A stretch of DNA of 64,000 nt from an uncultured Gemmataceae bacterium (GCA_963750165.1 CAVVPN010000012.1:384001-448000), one strand, 5' to 3'; positions 21,995 through 32,078 are shown, counted from the first letter of the stretch. The notes: generated from the letters alone by a model not told the origin. Numbers and translations are program-made.

Positions 21995-22441
21995 TTACTT
22001 CTTCTTGATCTCAAACGCCTTGGCGAACGTCTTGTCGTTGAACACGTCGTTAATCAGCTTGCCGGCCGGCGTGTTCATGGCCTTGCCCTGGCACATTTGA
22101 CAGCAGAAGCAGACGGTGGCATCGCCGACCTTGATCTTGGTGTCCGTATTCAGCTCATTGCCGGTGAACGGGCAGACCTTCTCCACGGCCTGTTTGGTGC
22201 AAACCAGCTGCATGTTGGCCTTGGTGGCGTACTTGGCGGTGTTGGCCTTGAACTCACCGGGGCACATGTCGCAGCAGAAGTAGACCTTGGCACCCTTGTA
22301 ATCAACGGCCGACTTCTCCGTGGCGTCCTTGCCGGACACCGGGCACTTGCAGGTGACCTTCTTGCCGCCGGCCAGGTTGGGCGTCACGCCCAGCAACACC
22401 ACGGCCATGACGGCCACCAGCGCGAACAGAAACTTCTTCAT
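21995..22441 (-). CDS. Exported YHS/TRASH-like Cys-rich metal-binding protein (two repeats)
   Basis: Signal peptide; CPVSGK...YKGAKVYFCCDMC and CPFTG...VCFCCQMC. Confidence 0.82.
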   Translation of the reverse strand: MKKFLFALVAVMAVVLLGVTPNLAGGKKVTCKCPVSGKDATEKSAVDYKGAKVYFCCDMCPGEFKANTAKYATKANMQLVCTKQAVEKVCPFTGNELNTDTKIKVGDATVCFCCQMCQGKAMNTPAGKLINDVFNDKTFAKAFEIKKK

Positions 22442-22539
22442 GATACCAACCCTTTCCGAAAAAGTGAAAGCCTGTACGGAGCAACGACGGCGGCGCGCGG
22501 GCAGCGCGGCCGAGGAACCGTGAGCGTTCGGGGAAATGG

Positions 22540-23120
22540 TTATTCGAGCCAGGTGCAGAATACGCCCGCAGGGGCACGGCAGCCCCAGGTGTTGGCGGCG
22601 CCCTCCAGCCGGCGCCCGCACTGACAACCGGCGCCGGGAACGCGGGCACTGGAGACGGCGTTAGCAGACCGGCGTTCTCCGCTTCGGTCAGACGTTGCAA
22701 ACGGTGGTCGAGCTGAGCGGCGGGCGCTGGCTGCGGTTCCGAGAGATGGCAGCAGCAACTCTTGACCAGCGCGTCCGACAGCGGTTCTTCGTTAGGAGTT
22801 GGGTCGGCAGTCGATTGGTTGGTTGGCGGAGCAGACTCGGTATCCTCGGGCTCCGTTTCGTCCTCCTCGTCCTCGACCTGGGGCTGGCAATCGCAGCAAC
22901 AGGGGGACGTGGGCTGCTTGCTGGTGCAACCGTCCGTGGGCACGGCGTCTGCCGGCGTGTCGGGCTGGCAGTGCGGACAGGCGGCTTCGGCCGAGGGCGC
23001 GCCACAGGCGCCGCAGCGGCACTCGGCCGTCACGTTCCGCGGACACAGCAGGCCGAGCACCACCAGGAATTTGAGTAGCAGTCCCAGGTGGCGTGGCCCG
23101 ATGAACCTGTGGATGGTCAT
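22540..23120 (-). CDS. Cys-rich exported ORF with a RAPP motif (DUF2946-like leader candidate), apparent frameshift near 22563
   Basis: Signal/TM segment, CRCGAC, CPHC, CCCDC, SCCCH, then WRAPP; probable end FCTWLE* at 22540 in the adjacent frame. Confidence 0.6.
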
Positions 23121-23412
23121 GCGGAATAGGATACCCCCGCCGGCGACACGGGGCAAGCGCTTTCGCCCGCGGTCGTTTCGTGACCGGCGCCGCCTGTGGT
23201 AAACTGAGCGGTTGAGGCTGGGGTTGAGCAACCTACGGTTCGCGCCGTGCGCCGGCCGTGCCGGGACCGGGATGCCCCTGGGGTTTTCACTACCCATTCC
23301 CCCGGCACGCGATTAAAGTGAGGCGAGGCCGCCCTCGGACCGGGGGCGGCGGTGCGCCGAGGCCCCCCACCTCCGCCACCCAGCGCCCGCGGGCCCGAGG
23401 CGGCAAACGCTT

Positions 23413-26400
23413 ATGAGAGTGTCTGAACTTCAAGCAGTGCTTCGCGCGGCGGATGACGCGGCCCTCCTGGTCACGCCGCGTGTCCTGACGCGGGTCATCC
23501 AGGAGGTTTATCACCTGACCGCGGTGCTCTGGCGGGTGCCGCACAGTACCTCGTTTGTCGTGGATCGTCAGGTGCTGTTCCGCCACGTCGAGCAGGAAGA
23601 ACTGGAAGTCGAATCCAACCAGGTGCTGCCCGAGACGGTCATCCTGCTGGTCCGGCCCGGCGACGAGGACCAGGGAACGCGGGCCCGCGCCGGCCAGCTG
23701 CTCCGCTACTGGCGACTGCTGTTTCACGCCAAGGTCCACCTGGCCCTGCGACAACGCCCGCTGTCCCCGGCCCAGCTGCGCGAACGCCTGGAACAAATCG
23801 GCAGTGCCGAGGTGCAGGAGATTCGCACCGTCCTGCAGCAGGAAAACGTGCTGCTGCCGGGCGCCGACGACCAGAACCTGTACGCCGAGTTCGCCGCCGT
23901 CTTCCTGGAACTGCACTACTTCCGACCCCGGCTGCTGCCCAGCTACTTCCCCGGCCTGCGCGATTTGGAACAGACGTTCCGCTTGCTCGCCCAGGACGTG
24001 GACGCCGACGCCCTGTTTCGGGCGTCGCGGCTCCAGGGCGCCCCCGACCCCGGTAGCTACCGCAGCGGCTCGCCGGACGAGGCGTATGAGTATTACCACA
24101 AGCTGGTGCAGAGTTCGGAGCGGGCGGCGCAGCGCGGCAACCTGGTCCGCGCCGCCACGCTGCGCCGCCGGGCCGCCCGCGTCGCGCCGACGCCCCTGGC
24201 CGTCAGCACGCGCAACGAGGCCGTCGGCTACCTGGAGCAACTGCTCGAACGATTGCAGGTCGCCCTGCAGCTGACCGACGAAGAAAAGGCCGAGTGGCTC
24301 AAGGACCTGCCGACCCTGCTCGACCGCTCCGACCAGGGCCGCAACCCCGTTGAGGACACGCTGCTGTACGACCTGCAACTGGTCGTCCTGGAATACGAGC
24401 GTGACCTGTATGCGCTGGACATCGTGGAGTGGTTGCAGTCCGCCGGCCGCCGGCCGATCAAACGACCGCTGCCGAGCCAGCGCATGGTGCGCGTCCTGAA
24501 GCAGCTGCGCGTCGTCGCCGAGCGGCTGACGGCGGCCCGACTGGCGGAGGAGGATCGGCAGCACTTCGGCAACCTGCTGCAGGCGGCCCTGCACAAGTGC
24601 GGCGAACGGCTGCGCACCAGCTTCCGCCCGGTGCTCGAGACCGCCCTCTACGATGTCGGCCTGCGGCCGACCAACGCGCTCGAACGAACCGCCTTTCACA
24701 AGGTCATTGAGGAAATTCTGGACCGCATCATCGCACACGGCTTCCTGACCTTCAGCGACCTGCGCGACACCATCTCGCGCAACCACCTGAAACTGCCGGA
24801 CGTAACCACGCCGCAGGAGTTCATCGTCCGCGGCGACCCGCTGCTGCACCTGGACCGCCGGCTAGCGCGGCTGCTGGACGGCGTGTACCGGCCAGGCGAG
24901 GTGTATCTGCGGCTGATCGAACGGATGACGGCGCTGACGTTCGGCACCTTCACCGGGCGCGTGCTGACGCAGTTCGTGCTCATCCCGCTGGGCGGGGCGT
25001 TCGCGACGCTGGAACTGCTGAATATCCTGCTGAAGCTGTTCCACGTCCCGGCGATCTCGCCCTGGTCGTACCTGCTGCCCGACCAGGACCCCAGCCACCC
25101 GGCCGTGGAGATGCCGGCCGTGCTGCCCTGGCTGTACTACCCCGCACTGGCGCTGCTGACGGTGTTCATCTTCATGCTGTGGCACCGGCAGCCCTTCCGC
25201 CGCCGCGTCGCCGCGATTGGCTGGGAAGCGCTGGTGGCGCTGCGCAAACTGTTCGTGGACGTGCCGGTGTCGCTGGTGCAGATCCCGGCGCTGCACCAGG
25301 CCGTGAACAGCTGGCCATTCCAGCTCTGCTACTGGTATCTGTTCAAGCCAATGGTGGTGGTGCTGCTGCTCTGGCTGCTGCTGCCCCATGAATTGTCCAA
25401 GGTGTACAGCCTGGCCGGCGCCTTCGTGGTGGTGCTGCTGGTGGTCAACTCGCGCATCGGCCGGGCGGTCAACGAGGCGATCCGTCTGGGGTCACTGAAG
25501 CTGCTGCGGCTGCTGCGCGCCGGCCTGCTGGTCGGCCTGGTGCAGCTGGTGGTGCAGCTGTTCAAGAGCCTGGTTGAGGGCGTCGAGTACGTGCTGTTCA
25601 CGGTGGACGAGTTCCTGCGTTTCCGCACTGGCGACACGCAGACCTCAATGGTGGTGCGGGCGGTGCTGGGCGTGCTGTGGTTCCCGATCTCGTATGTGAC
25701 GCGGTTTTACATGCTGGTGCTGATCGAGCCGGGCTTCAACCCGATCAAGCTGCCGATCTCCAGCCTGGCCGCCAAGTTCCTGTACCCCCTGTCGCTGACG
25801 CTCAACCTGGTGGACAATTTCACTGATCTGCTGACGCCGGTGCTGGGCCCGACGGTGGGGCGGGGGTTCGCGTGGGTGACGGTGTTTCTGCTGCCGGACG
25901 CGGTGGGGTTCATTGTCTGGGAGACGAAAGAGAACTGGCGGTTGTACCGGGCGACGCAGCCGCGCACGGTGCGGACGGAGGCGGTGGGCAGCCACGGCGA
26001 GACGGTGCGCGGCCTGCTGCACCCTGGCTTCCACTCCGGCACGGTGCCGAAGTATTACGCTCGGCTGCGGGAGGCGGAACGGCGCGGCATCAAGACGGGC
26101 AACTGGAGCGCGGCCCGCAGCTGGCGGTATCATCTGGAAGAGGTCGAGGAGACGGTGCGGCAGTTCGTGACGCGCGAGCTGGTGTACCTGGTGAATCAGA
26201 GCACGAGTTTTCAGACGCGGCCATTGCGCGTCGGCCGGGTGACGCTGGCGTGCAACCGCATCCTGGTGGAACTGCTGACGGCGCTGCCGGAGGATCCGTC
26301 GTGCTGGTTGCAGTTCGAGGACGCGCGCGGCTGGCTGGTGGCGAACATCGCGGAGGGGGGGTTCCTGGCGAACCTCACCGGGGAGCAGGCGGCGGCGCTG

Positions 26401-26799
26401 AACACGGCGCTGGCGCTGCTGTACAAGCTGGCGGGCGTGGAGCTGGTGCGCGAGCACCTGGCCGCGCACCTGCCGCCGTGGGCGGTCGCCTACGACATCA
26501 CCAACCTCGGCCTGCTGCTGTGGGAGGATCAGCAGCAGGACAAGGCGCGGCTCTGCGATCTGGTGCGGAACAAGGGGCTGCTGGTGCCGCCGGACGATCC
26601 GGAACCGCTAGACGAACAGGGGCTGGAACGGCTGGACCCGCGACTGCTGCTGTTCGCGGATGTGCCGCTAACGTGGCAGCAGTGCCTGGAAAGCTGGCGG
26701 CGCGATCAGCAGGAACTCAGTCAGCCGCCGCTGGTGTGCGACGGCCAGGAACTATTGCTGCTGGGGCACCTGACGCCGCCGGAGCGGGAAGAGCATTAA
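23413..26799 (+). CDS. Large (1128 aa) hypothetical membrane protein
   Basis: Helical soluble N-terminus, multi-TM middle, motifs LRDTISRN, EPGFNPIKLP, WETKENWRLY and PGFHSGTVPK; strong codon bias. Confidence 0.82.
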   Translation: MRVSELQAVLRAADDAALLVTPRVLTRVIQEVYHLTAVLWRVPHSTSFVVDRQVLFRHVEQEELEVESNQVLPETVILLVRPGDEDQGTRARAGQLLRYWRLLFHAKVHLALRQRPLSPAQLRERLEQIGSAEVQEIRTVLQQENVLLPGADDQNLYAEFAAVFLELHYFRPRLLPSYFPGLRDLEQTFRLLAQDVDADALFRASRLQGAPDPGSYRSGSPDEAYEYYHKLVQSSERAAQRGNLVRAATLRRRAARVAPTPLAVSTRNEAVGYLEQLLERLQVALQLTDEEKAEWLKDLPTLLDRSDQGRNPVEDTLLYDLQLVVLEYERDLYALDIVEWLQSAGRRPIKRPLPSQRMVRVLKQLRVVAERLTAARLAEEDRQHFGNLLQAALHKCGERLRTSFRPVLETALYDVGLRPTNALERTAFHKVIEEILDRIIAHGFLTFSDLRDTISRNHLKLPDVTTPQEFIVRGDPLLHLDRRLARLLDGVYRPGEVYLRLIERMTALTFGTFTGRVLTQFVLIPLGGAFATLELLNILLKLFHVPAISPWSYLLPDQDPSHPAVEMPAVLPWLYYPALALLTVFIFMLWHRQPFRRRVAAIGWEALVALRKLFVDVPVSLVQIPALHQAVNSWPFQLCYWYLFKPMVVVLLLWLLLPHELSKVYSLAGAFVVVLLVVNSRIGRAVNEAIRLGSLKLLRLLRAGLLVGLVQLVVQLFKSLVEGVEYVLFTVDEFLRFRTGDTQTSMVVRAVLGVLWFPISYVTRFYMLVLIEPGFNPIKLPISSLAAKFLYPLSLTLNLVDNFTDLLTPVLGPTVGRGFAWVTVFLLPDAVGFIVWETKENWRLYRATQPRTVRTEAVGSHGETVRGLLHPGFHSGTVPKYYARLREAERRGIKTGNWSAARSWRYHLEEVEETVRQFVTRELVYLVNQSTSFQTRPLRVGRVTLACNRILVELLTALPEDPSCWLQFEDARGWLVANIAEGGFLANLTGEQAAALNTALALLYKLAGVELVREHLAAHLPPWAVAYDITNLGLLLWEDQQQDKARLCDLVRNKGLLVPPDDPEPLDEQGLERLDPRLLLFADVPLTWQQCLESWRRDQQELSQPPLVCDGQELLLLGHLTPPEREEH

Positions 26800-26800
26800 T

Positions 26801-26867
26801 CTGGTCGGAGCCCGAGCGCCAGCGCGGGGCAGGGTTGGCCCCGCGCTGGCGCTCGGGCTCCGACCAG
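26801..26867. repeat. REP-like hairpin (family D) directly after a stop codon
   Basis: CTGGTCGGAGCCCGAGCGCCAGCGCGGGGC...GCCCCGCGCTGGCGCTCGGGCTCCGACCAG; copies at 33435 and 61649. Confidence 0.85.
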
Positions 26868-26968
26868 GCAGGAAAAACGCCGCCGCCGGCTGAAGTGCCA
26901 CAAGCACCGCAGCCGGCGGACGGCGCGAAGCAAAGGAGTTGCTCGCGGACACTGCACCTGCAAAATCC

Positions 26969-27268
26969 TCACGCCCCTTGTCGGGCGCCGGTATGACTGA
27001 GCCGCTGCGTGCGGCGGAAAAAGTCCTCGATCAAACGCCGCAACATGGCGGCCGTCGTCAGGCCCTGGGCGTGGGCCGTCTCCTCCAGTGCGCTGACCTG
27101 CCAGGCCGGCAACAGTAACGAGAGTTCCTCCACGTCATCGGTGGGCGGTAACGTCGTCCGGGGATGAAGAGCTTCACCGCGATCCGGGATGCGCGACAAC
27201 ATGATTTTGACACTCCCGACGCTGCCTGGCGATTCGCCAGGGAGGGTGCTGGTATCGTTTCGATTCAT
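26969..27268 (-). CDS. Small hypothetical protein, possibly ribbon-helix-helix-like
   Basis: C-terminal ELSLLLPAWQVSALEETAHAQGLTTAAMLRRLIEDF has a beta-alpha-alpha pattern; start uncertain. Confidence 0.55.
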   Translation of the reverse strand: MNRNDTSTLPGESPGSVGSVKIMLSRIPDRGEALHPRTTLPPTDDVEELSLLLPAWQVSALEETAHAQGLTTAAMLRRLIEDFFRRTQRLSHTGARQGA

Positions 27269-27473
27269 CGCAAACACCATGCCACGGCACGGCGCCGCCG
27301 GGATCGCAGCGTAACTCCTTGCTGATTTGTACCATCGATCATCATCGTTGCGGATAATACTGCCGGTCACCATGCGCGCTGCCCGGAAGCGCGGCAGTCG
27401 CTGCCCGCGCCGTGACAAAGGCGCAGTGCGCACGGCTGAACTGGCCGGCAAAGACCACCCATTCGGAACGACA

Positions 27474-28322
27474 TCAACCGGGGAGGGCCGCCAGCGCGTG
27501 ATGATTGCCCAGAGTACGGGTGCTGGCGGACACGGCGGGAGAGGAGAACAGTTCTTGCATCAGCTGGGCGTGGTGCAGGTCGGCGATGGAGTCCACCACC
27601 AGATCGGGGCGATAGGCGTAGCGGGTCAGGTCCTCGCGGCGGGTGCCGCCGGACAGCACCAGGACCGTGCGGAAGCCGAGCTGCACGCCGCCCAGGATGT
27701 CCGTGTCCATCGTGTCGCCGATGACGATGGTCTGGTCGGTGGTCAGGCCGAGTTCCTTGCGGGCGGCCCGCAGCATGACCGGGCTCGGCTTGCCGGGACT
27801 GAACGCCCGCACGCCGCTGGCCGCCTCCAGCATGGCCACGATGGCGCCGCAGCCGGGTCGCGTACCGGTCGCCGTGGGACAGTTCGGGTCCGGGTTGGTC
27901 GCCACCAGGCGAGCGCCGCCCAGGACCATGTTCAGCGCCGCCTCCAGCATCTCCGCGTTGAAGGTGCGGCCCTCGCCGACCACAACGAAATCCGGGTCGC
28001 GATCAACGATGGCGTAGCCGTTGTTGTGCAGCGCCGTCAACAGACCACCTTCGCCGATCACGAACGCGGTGCCGTTCGGCTTCTGCAACGCCAGGAAACG
28101 GGCCGTCGCCATGGCGCAGGTGAAGATGTGCTCGTCCTCGACCTCGATGCCGAGCCGTTGCAACCGCGTCGCCACGTCGCGGCGCGTCCGCTGACTGTTG
28201 TTTGTCAAGAACCGGAACGGCACGCCGGCTTCGCGCAGTTCGTGAATGAAGCGGTCGGCCCCCGGGATCAGGGTGTGGCCGCGGTAGATAACGCCGTCCA
28301 TGTCGATCAGGTATCCACACAT
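27474..28322 (-). CDS. HAD-IIA family hydrolase (NagD-like)
   Basis: DMDGVIY, FLTNNS, ATNPD, GKPSP and IGDTMDTDILGG. Confidence 0.93.
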   Translation of the reverse strand: MCGYLIDMDGVIYRGHTLIPGADRFIHELREAGVPFRFLTNNSQRTRRDVATRLQRLGIEVEDEHIFTCAMATARFLALQKPNGTAFVIGEGGLLTALHNNGYAIVDRDPDFVVVGEGRTFNAEMLEAALNMVLGGARLVATNPDPNCPTATGTRPGCGAIVAMLEAASGVRAFSPGKPSPVMLRAARKELGLTTDQTIVIGDTMDTDILGGVQLGFRTVLVLSGGTRREDLTRYAYRPDLVVDSIADLHHAQLMQELFSSPAVSASTRTLGNHHALAALPG

Positions 28323-28686
28323 GGAATGGGCCCTCCTCGGAGACGTGAACGGGCGAACTCTGTCGTTGATGGGGTGCAAAGGATGTGCCGGCCCGGGAAG
28401 CGGTGCAACCTGTCCGGGACAGGCGGGTTAGCGCGAACGTGGCTTTCGTGAAGGCCGGCGGGCTGCGCCAAGGGCGGCAAGTGCTGCCGTTGGGGCGGGC
28501 AATGAATCCGACTCGCCTTCACGCGGTTCACATTTGGCCTTGACCCCTTTCAGACCGACCGCTAAAAGGCCGCTCGCACTTCGGACGGAACCGAAAAGCC
28601 ATCGCCAGACCCGGATCGGGAAGCCGGCCAGTGTCCGCGCAGCCGATCCGGCGCGGCAGGATGCCACGAATCGGGGGAAGGAACCC

Positions 28687-29436
28687 ATGGGAAAGAAGCG
28701 TTTCCTCGAGCTGGCCGGATTGTTCCTGGCCGGCATTACCCTGGCCGGCTGTCAGAACGGCCAACAGTGGGTGCCGCCCAAGAACGGCAGCCCTGGCGTT
28801 GGACCCGGCGGCATGGCCGCCCGGAACGGCACCACCACCGGTCCAGGCGGCACGACCACGACGGTCGGCGCAGGTCAACCGAACGGCACCTCTACCGGCT
28901 CGGGCTACGGGACTGGCTCGGGCTATGGGGCTGGCACGGGCGGCGGCTCGGGCTATGGGACTGGCACGGGCGGGACCAGCATGGGCGGCAGCACAAGCCC
29001 GAACTACCTGTCGGGTGGTTCGTCCGGTCAGCCCGGGTATCGCTCTGTAACGCCTGCGGGCGGTAGCTATGGCAGCTCGGCGCCGGGCGGGGCATCGAAC
29101 TACACGCCGCCGAATCCGTATACTCCGTCGAGCAACCCGACGACGACCACGACCTCGAGCACCAGTTCGGCGGTGAAGACGGATATGAACCGGATGGTGC
29201 CGCCCGGGAACTCGACGACGATGGTGGGCGGCAACCCGCCGCCACCGGCGTCGCCGTACTCCACGTCGATGTCGTCTGCCAACCAGACGGTGCCGCCCGT
29301 GCCTGCGAGCAGCAGCCCCTACGGCACCACCCCAACGTATCCTGTTCAGCCCACGCCAACGTCCTCGACATATGGGTCGAGCACGGTGCCGCCGGTGCCG
29401 ACTCCCACCCCGACGGGGACGGGCTTGTATCACTGA
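28687..29436 (+). CDS. Low-complexity Gly/Ser/Thr/Pro-rich lipoprotein
   Basis: Lipobox LAGC after a hydrophobic signal; GSGYG repeats; disordered composition. Confidence 0.7.
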   Translation: MGKKRFLELAGLFLAGITLAGCQNGQQWVPPKNGSPGVGPGGMAARNGTTTGPGGTTTTVGAGQPNGTSTGSGYGTGSGYGAGTGGGSGYGTGTGGTSMGGSTSPNYLSGGSSGQPGYRSVTPAGGSYGSSAPGGASNYTPPNPYTPSSNPTTTTTSSTSSAVKTDMNRMVPPGNSTTMVGGNPPPPASPYSTSMSSANQTVPPVPASSSPYGTTPTYPVQPTPTSSTYGSSTVPPVPTPTPTGTGLYH

Positions 29437-29513
29437 GGCAAAGCGACTGCGCAAACAAACCGGGGATGCGGGCCTGTTGAACAGAGCCCGCACCCCCGGT
29501 GTTTCGCGCGACG

Positions 29514-30488
29514 TCAGGGCGTCCATGCCAGCGCCCGGATTTCGCCGAACTCGCGCTGCAATTTCTCCCACGTCGCGCCGGCGTCGGTCGAGCGGTACAC
29601 CTGGCCGCTAACGCTGCTGGCGTACACCAGCGCCGGGTCCGCCGGGTGGACCGCGAAGTTCCAGAGCGTGCTGTTGGCCCGCCCCGGGAAGGTCGTCGAT
29701 TGCCAGGTGTCGCCGCCGTCGGTCGAGCGCGCCACCAGACCCTCGCAGCCGGGCGGACGGTCGCCGCAGCCCAGCAGCACCACGCCCGGTTGCCCCAACG
29801 GTTGCGCCAGCGCCCGACAGTAACCCCACGGCAACATCCGCGCTACCTGTAGCGGCCACCACGTCTCGCCGCCGTCGTGGCTGACGTTGAGGTCGTTGTT
29901 GGTCGCCGCCAGCAGCCGGCCCGGCTTGCCGTTGGTGGGTACAAACGCCAGATCGTGAATGTCGCGCGAGCTGAGGCCCTGGCCCATCGGCTGCCAGGTG
30001 CGGCCGGCGTCACGGCTGCGGAACAGGCCGTCGATCTCGACGCCCGCCCAGAGCGTATCCGCGGCGGCGGGGTCGGCACGCAGCGTCGTGACGCGGTTCC
30101 ACAGGATGCGCGGGCACTCCTGCGCGAGCGTCGCCTGGCCCTCGCTCCAGGTGCGGCCGCCGTCCTCCGAGCGGAACAGCCGCGGTGGACAGGTGCCGGC
30201 CAAAAGCAGGTCGGGCTGCTGCGGATGAATCAGCAGCGACCAGAGTTGCCGGCCATTCAGCGGCGATTCGACGGGCTTCCAGGTGTCAGCCCCATCGGCG
30301 CTGCGGAACAGGCCCAGTTCGCAGCCGAGGTAAAGCACTTCCGGCCGCCGGGGATGGACCGCCAGCGCTCGCACATGGCATTCGACGAACATGCCCTCAC
30401 AGGCGCGCATGAAGCTGGCGCCGCCGTCGGTGCTGCGGAACAGCCCCTCGCCCACGGTGCCGACGTAGAGCCGATGTGTGGCGGGCAT
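29514..30488 (-). CDS. BNR/Asp-box beta-propeller protein (YCF48/sialidase-like)
   Basis: Seven repeats of the (LF)RSxDG/AGxTW Asp-box pattern. Confidence 0.88.
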   Translation of the reverse strand: MPATHRLYVGTVGEGLFRSTDGGASFMRACEGMFVECHVRALAVHPRRPEVLYLGCELGLFRSADGADTWKPVESPLNGRQLWSLLIHPQQPDLLLAGTCPPRLFRSEDGGRTWSEGQATLAQECPRILWNRVTTLRADPAAADTLWAGVEIDGLFRSRDAGRTWQPMGQGLSSRDIHDLAFVPTNGKPGRLLAATNNDLNVSHDGGETWWPLQVARMLPWGYCRALAQPLGQPGVVLLGCGDRPPGCEGLVARSTDGGDTWQSTTFPGRANSTLWNFAVHPADPALVYASSVSGQVYRSTDAGATWEKLQREFGEIRALAWTP

Positions 30489-30517
30489 GGATCGCGTCTC
30501 CTGTTGCTGCCGGTTTG

Positions 30518-30736
30518 TTACGAAGGTGTGCCGCCGCGCTGGCACGGCAGTTGCGCAATGCTGTCGCAGCCCGGCGGCAGTGTCGCTTCCTCGATCACCA
30601 GCACGGGAAAGCCGTCCTTGACGGCGAACTTCACGGCGCACTGCTCGCAGACCAGCTGGTCGCCGTCCAGACGCAGCCGTGTCCGGCTCGGGTTCATCGG
30701 GCAGCGCAGGATGTCGAGCAGTTGTTGACTGAGCAT
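30518..30736 (-). CDS. Trm112 family protein
   Basis: LLDILRCP...LVCEQC...FAVKDGFPVL, 72 aa. Confidence 0.9.
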   Translation of the reverse strand: MLSQQLLDILRCPMNPSRTRLRLDGDQLVCEQCAVKFAVKDGFPVLVIEEATLPPGCDSIAQLPCQRGGTPS

Positions 30737-30753
30737 GGTTGAGATTCTCGGGG

Positions 30754-31971
30754 CTAATAGCGCTCGTCGCCGGCCGGCACGACGCTGCGCACCCGCCACA
30801 TCGCAATGGTGTACCAGATGACCTGGCCGATGTACGCGAAGTTGCCGAACCAGAGCAAAATCAGCGTGATCCACATGATCGCTCGCGATTCGCTTCTGCT
30901 GTTGAAGACCACCAACACCATGATCCAGACGAGCAACCGCAGCCCCCCGTAAGCCGCCGTCACGCCGATCGTTGCCAGGGCACCCCGACCGACGGCACTC
31001 TTGCGCACGTCGCGGGCCACCTGGCGGAGGTACAGCGGCACCAGGACCAGTTCCGCCACGAACAGCAGATGACAAAGCACCAGCATGAACCAGATGCCGG
31101 TAATGCTCCCGTGGCCCAACGCGCCGACCCCCAAAAAATTGTCGAACACGAACCGGATTCTGAAGATCGACGACAGCAGCAGGTCCACGCTTGCCACGGC
31201 GGTCACGGCGATGGCCAGCCCCAGTTTGCCGCGCTCCTTGGGCCCGATGATGAAGAACACATAGCCCACCAGCGCCGTCAGACTCCCCAGGGCGGACACG
31301 ATCTCGCCGATTTTGAACAGGATCCCGGAGGTGTCGCCACCGCCGGCGCCGGCGCTGGTCGGCGACCCAGTGAGCAGCTGGATAATCTGGATCGAATACA
31401 GCAGATGGCCGATCAACTCGAGCAGGAACGACCCCGCCCAGATGCAGCTGCCGATGAACGTCAGCAGCATCCCCAGGCGGACGAAGAACCACGGCGGCAG
31501 CCCACTACCGCGGTCGTCGCGCCGGCCACGGCGGCGCGGCTCGTAGTCGTCCTCGTAGGGCTCCTCGTAGACTTCCGCCACCTGCGGCAGTTCTTCCACC
31601 TGATCCAGGTTGGCGAACGGGGCCGGCGCGGCGGCGGCGGGCCGGCGCGGCGGCGGTGGGGGTGGCGGCGCGGCCGCGGGCTCATCGTCCACCAGTTCCA
31701 CGCGCAGCGGCTGCCGGGGCGGTGGCGTACTGGTACGGGACGGCGTCGGCGGCGGCGCCGGGGACGGCGCCTCGTCCAGTTGCAGGTTGGGGAACGAGCC
31801 GCTCGACGCCTCACTCGGGGCCGCCGGCGTCGCGGGCCCCTCGGCCGAGGCGAACGGGATGGTCAGGGCCGTGGCGCACTTGGGACACTTGGCCTTCTTG
31901 CCGGCCTTGTCCGCGCCGACGCGCAGCACCTGGTTGCAGGAATAACACTGGAAGCTGATCGTGGCGGACAT
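30754..31971 (-). CDS. Membrane protein with N-terminal zinc ribbon, Pro-rich linker and ~6 TM
   Basis: ISFQCYSC..VLRV...AGKKAKCPKC. Confidence 0.82.
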   Translation of the reverse strand: MSATISFQCYSCNQVLRVGADKAGKKAKCPKCATALTIPFASAEGPATPAAPSEASSGSFPNLQLDEAPSPAPPPTPSRTSTPPPRQPLRVELVDDEPAAAPPPPPPPRRPAAAAPAPFANLDQVEELPQVAEVYEEPYEDDYEPRRRGRRDDRGSGLPPWFFVRLGMLLTFIGSCIWAGSFLLELIGHLLYSIQIIQLLTGSPTSAGAGGGDTSGILFKIGEIVSALGSLTALVGYVFFIIGPKERGKLGLAIAVTAVASVDLLLSSIFRIRFVFDNFLGVGALGHGSITGIWFMLVLCHLLFVAELVLVPLYLRQVARDVRKSAVGRGALATIGVTAAYGGLRLLVWIMVLVVFNSRSESRAIMWITLILLWFGNFAYIGQVIWYTIAMWRVRSVVPAGDERY

Positions 31972-31991
31972 GGATGGCACCCAGAGGGAAA

Positions 31992-32078
31992 ATTGCAGAT
32001 TGCAGATTGCAGATTGCAGATTGAAAGACTGGAACCCTCTGTCTTTCAATTTGCAATCTGCAATCTGCAATCTGCAAT
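31992..32078. repeat. Hairpin built from 7-bp tandem repeats (ATTGCAG)n / (CTGCAAT)n
   Basis: Four heptamer copies per arm (one right-arm copy imperfect) around a TTGAAAGAC...GTCTTTCAA stem. Confidence 0.9.
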
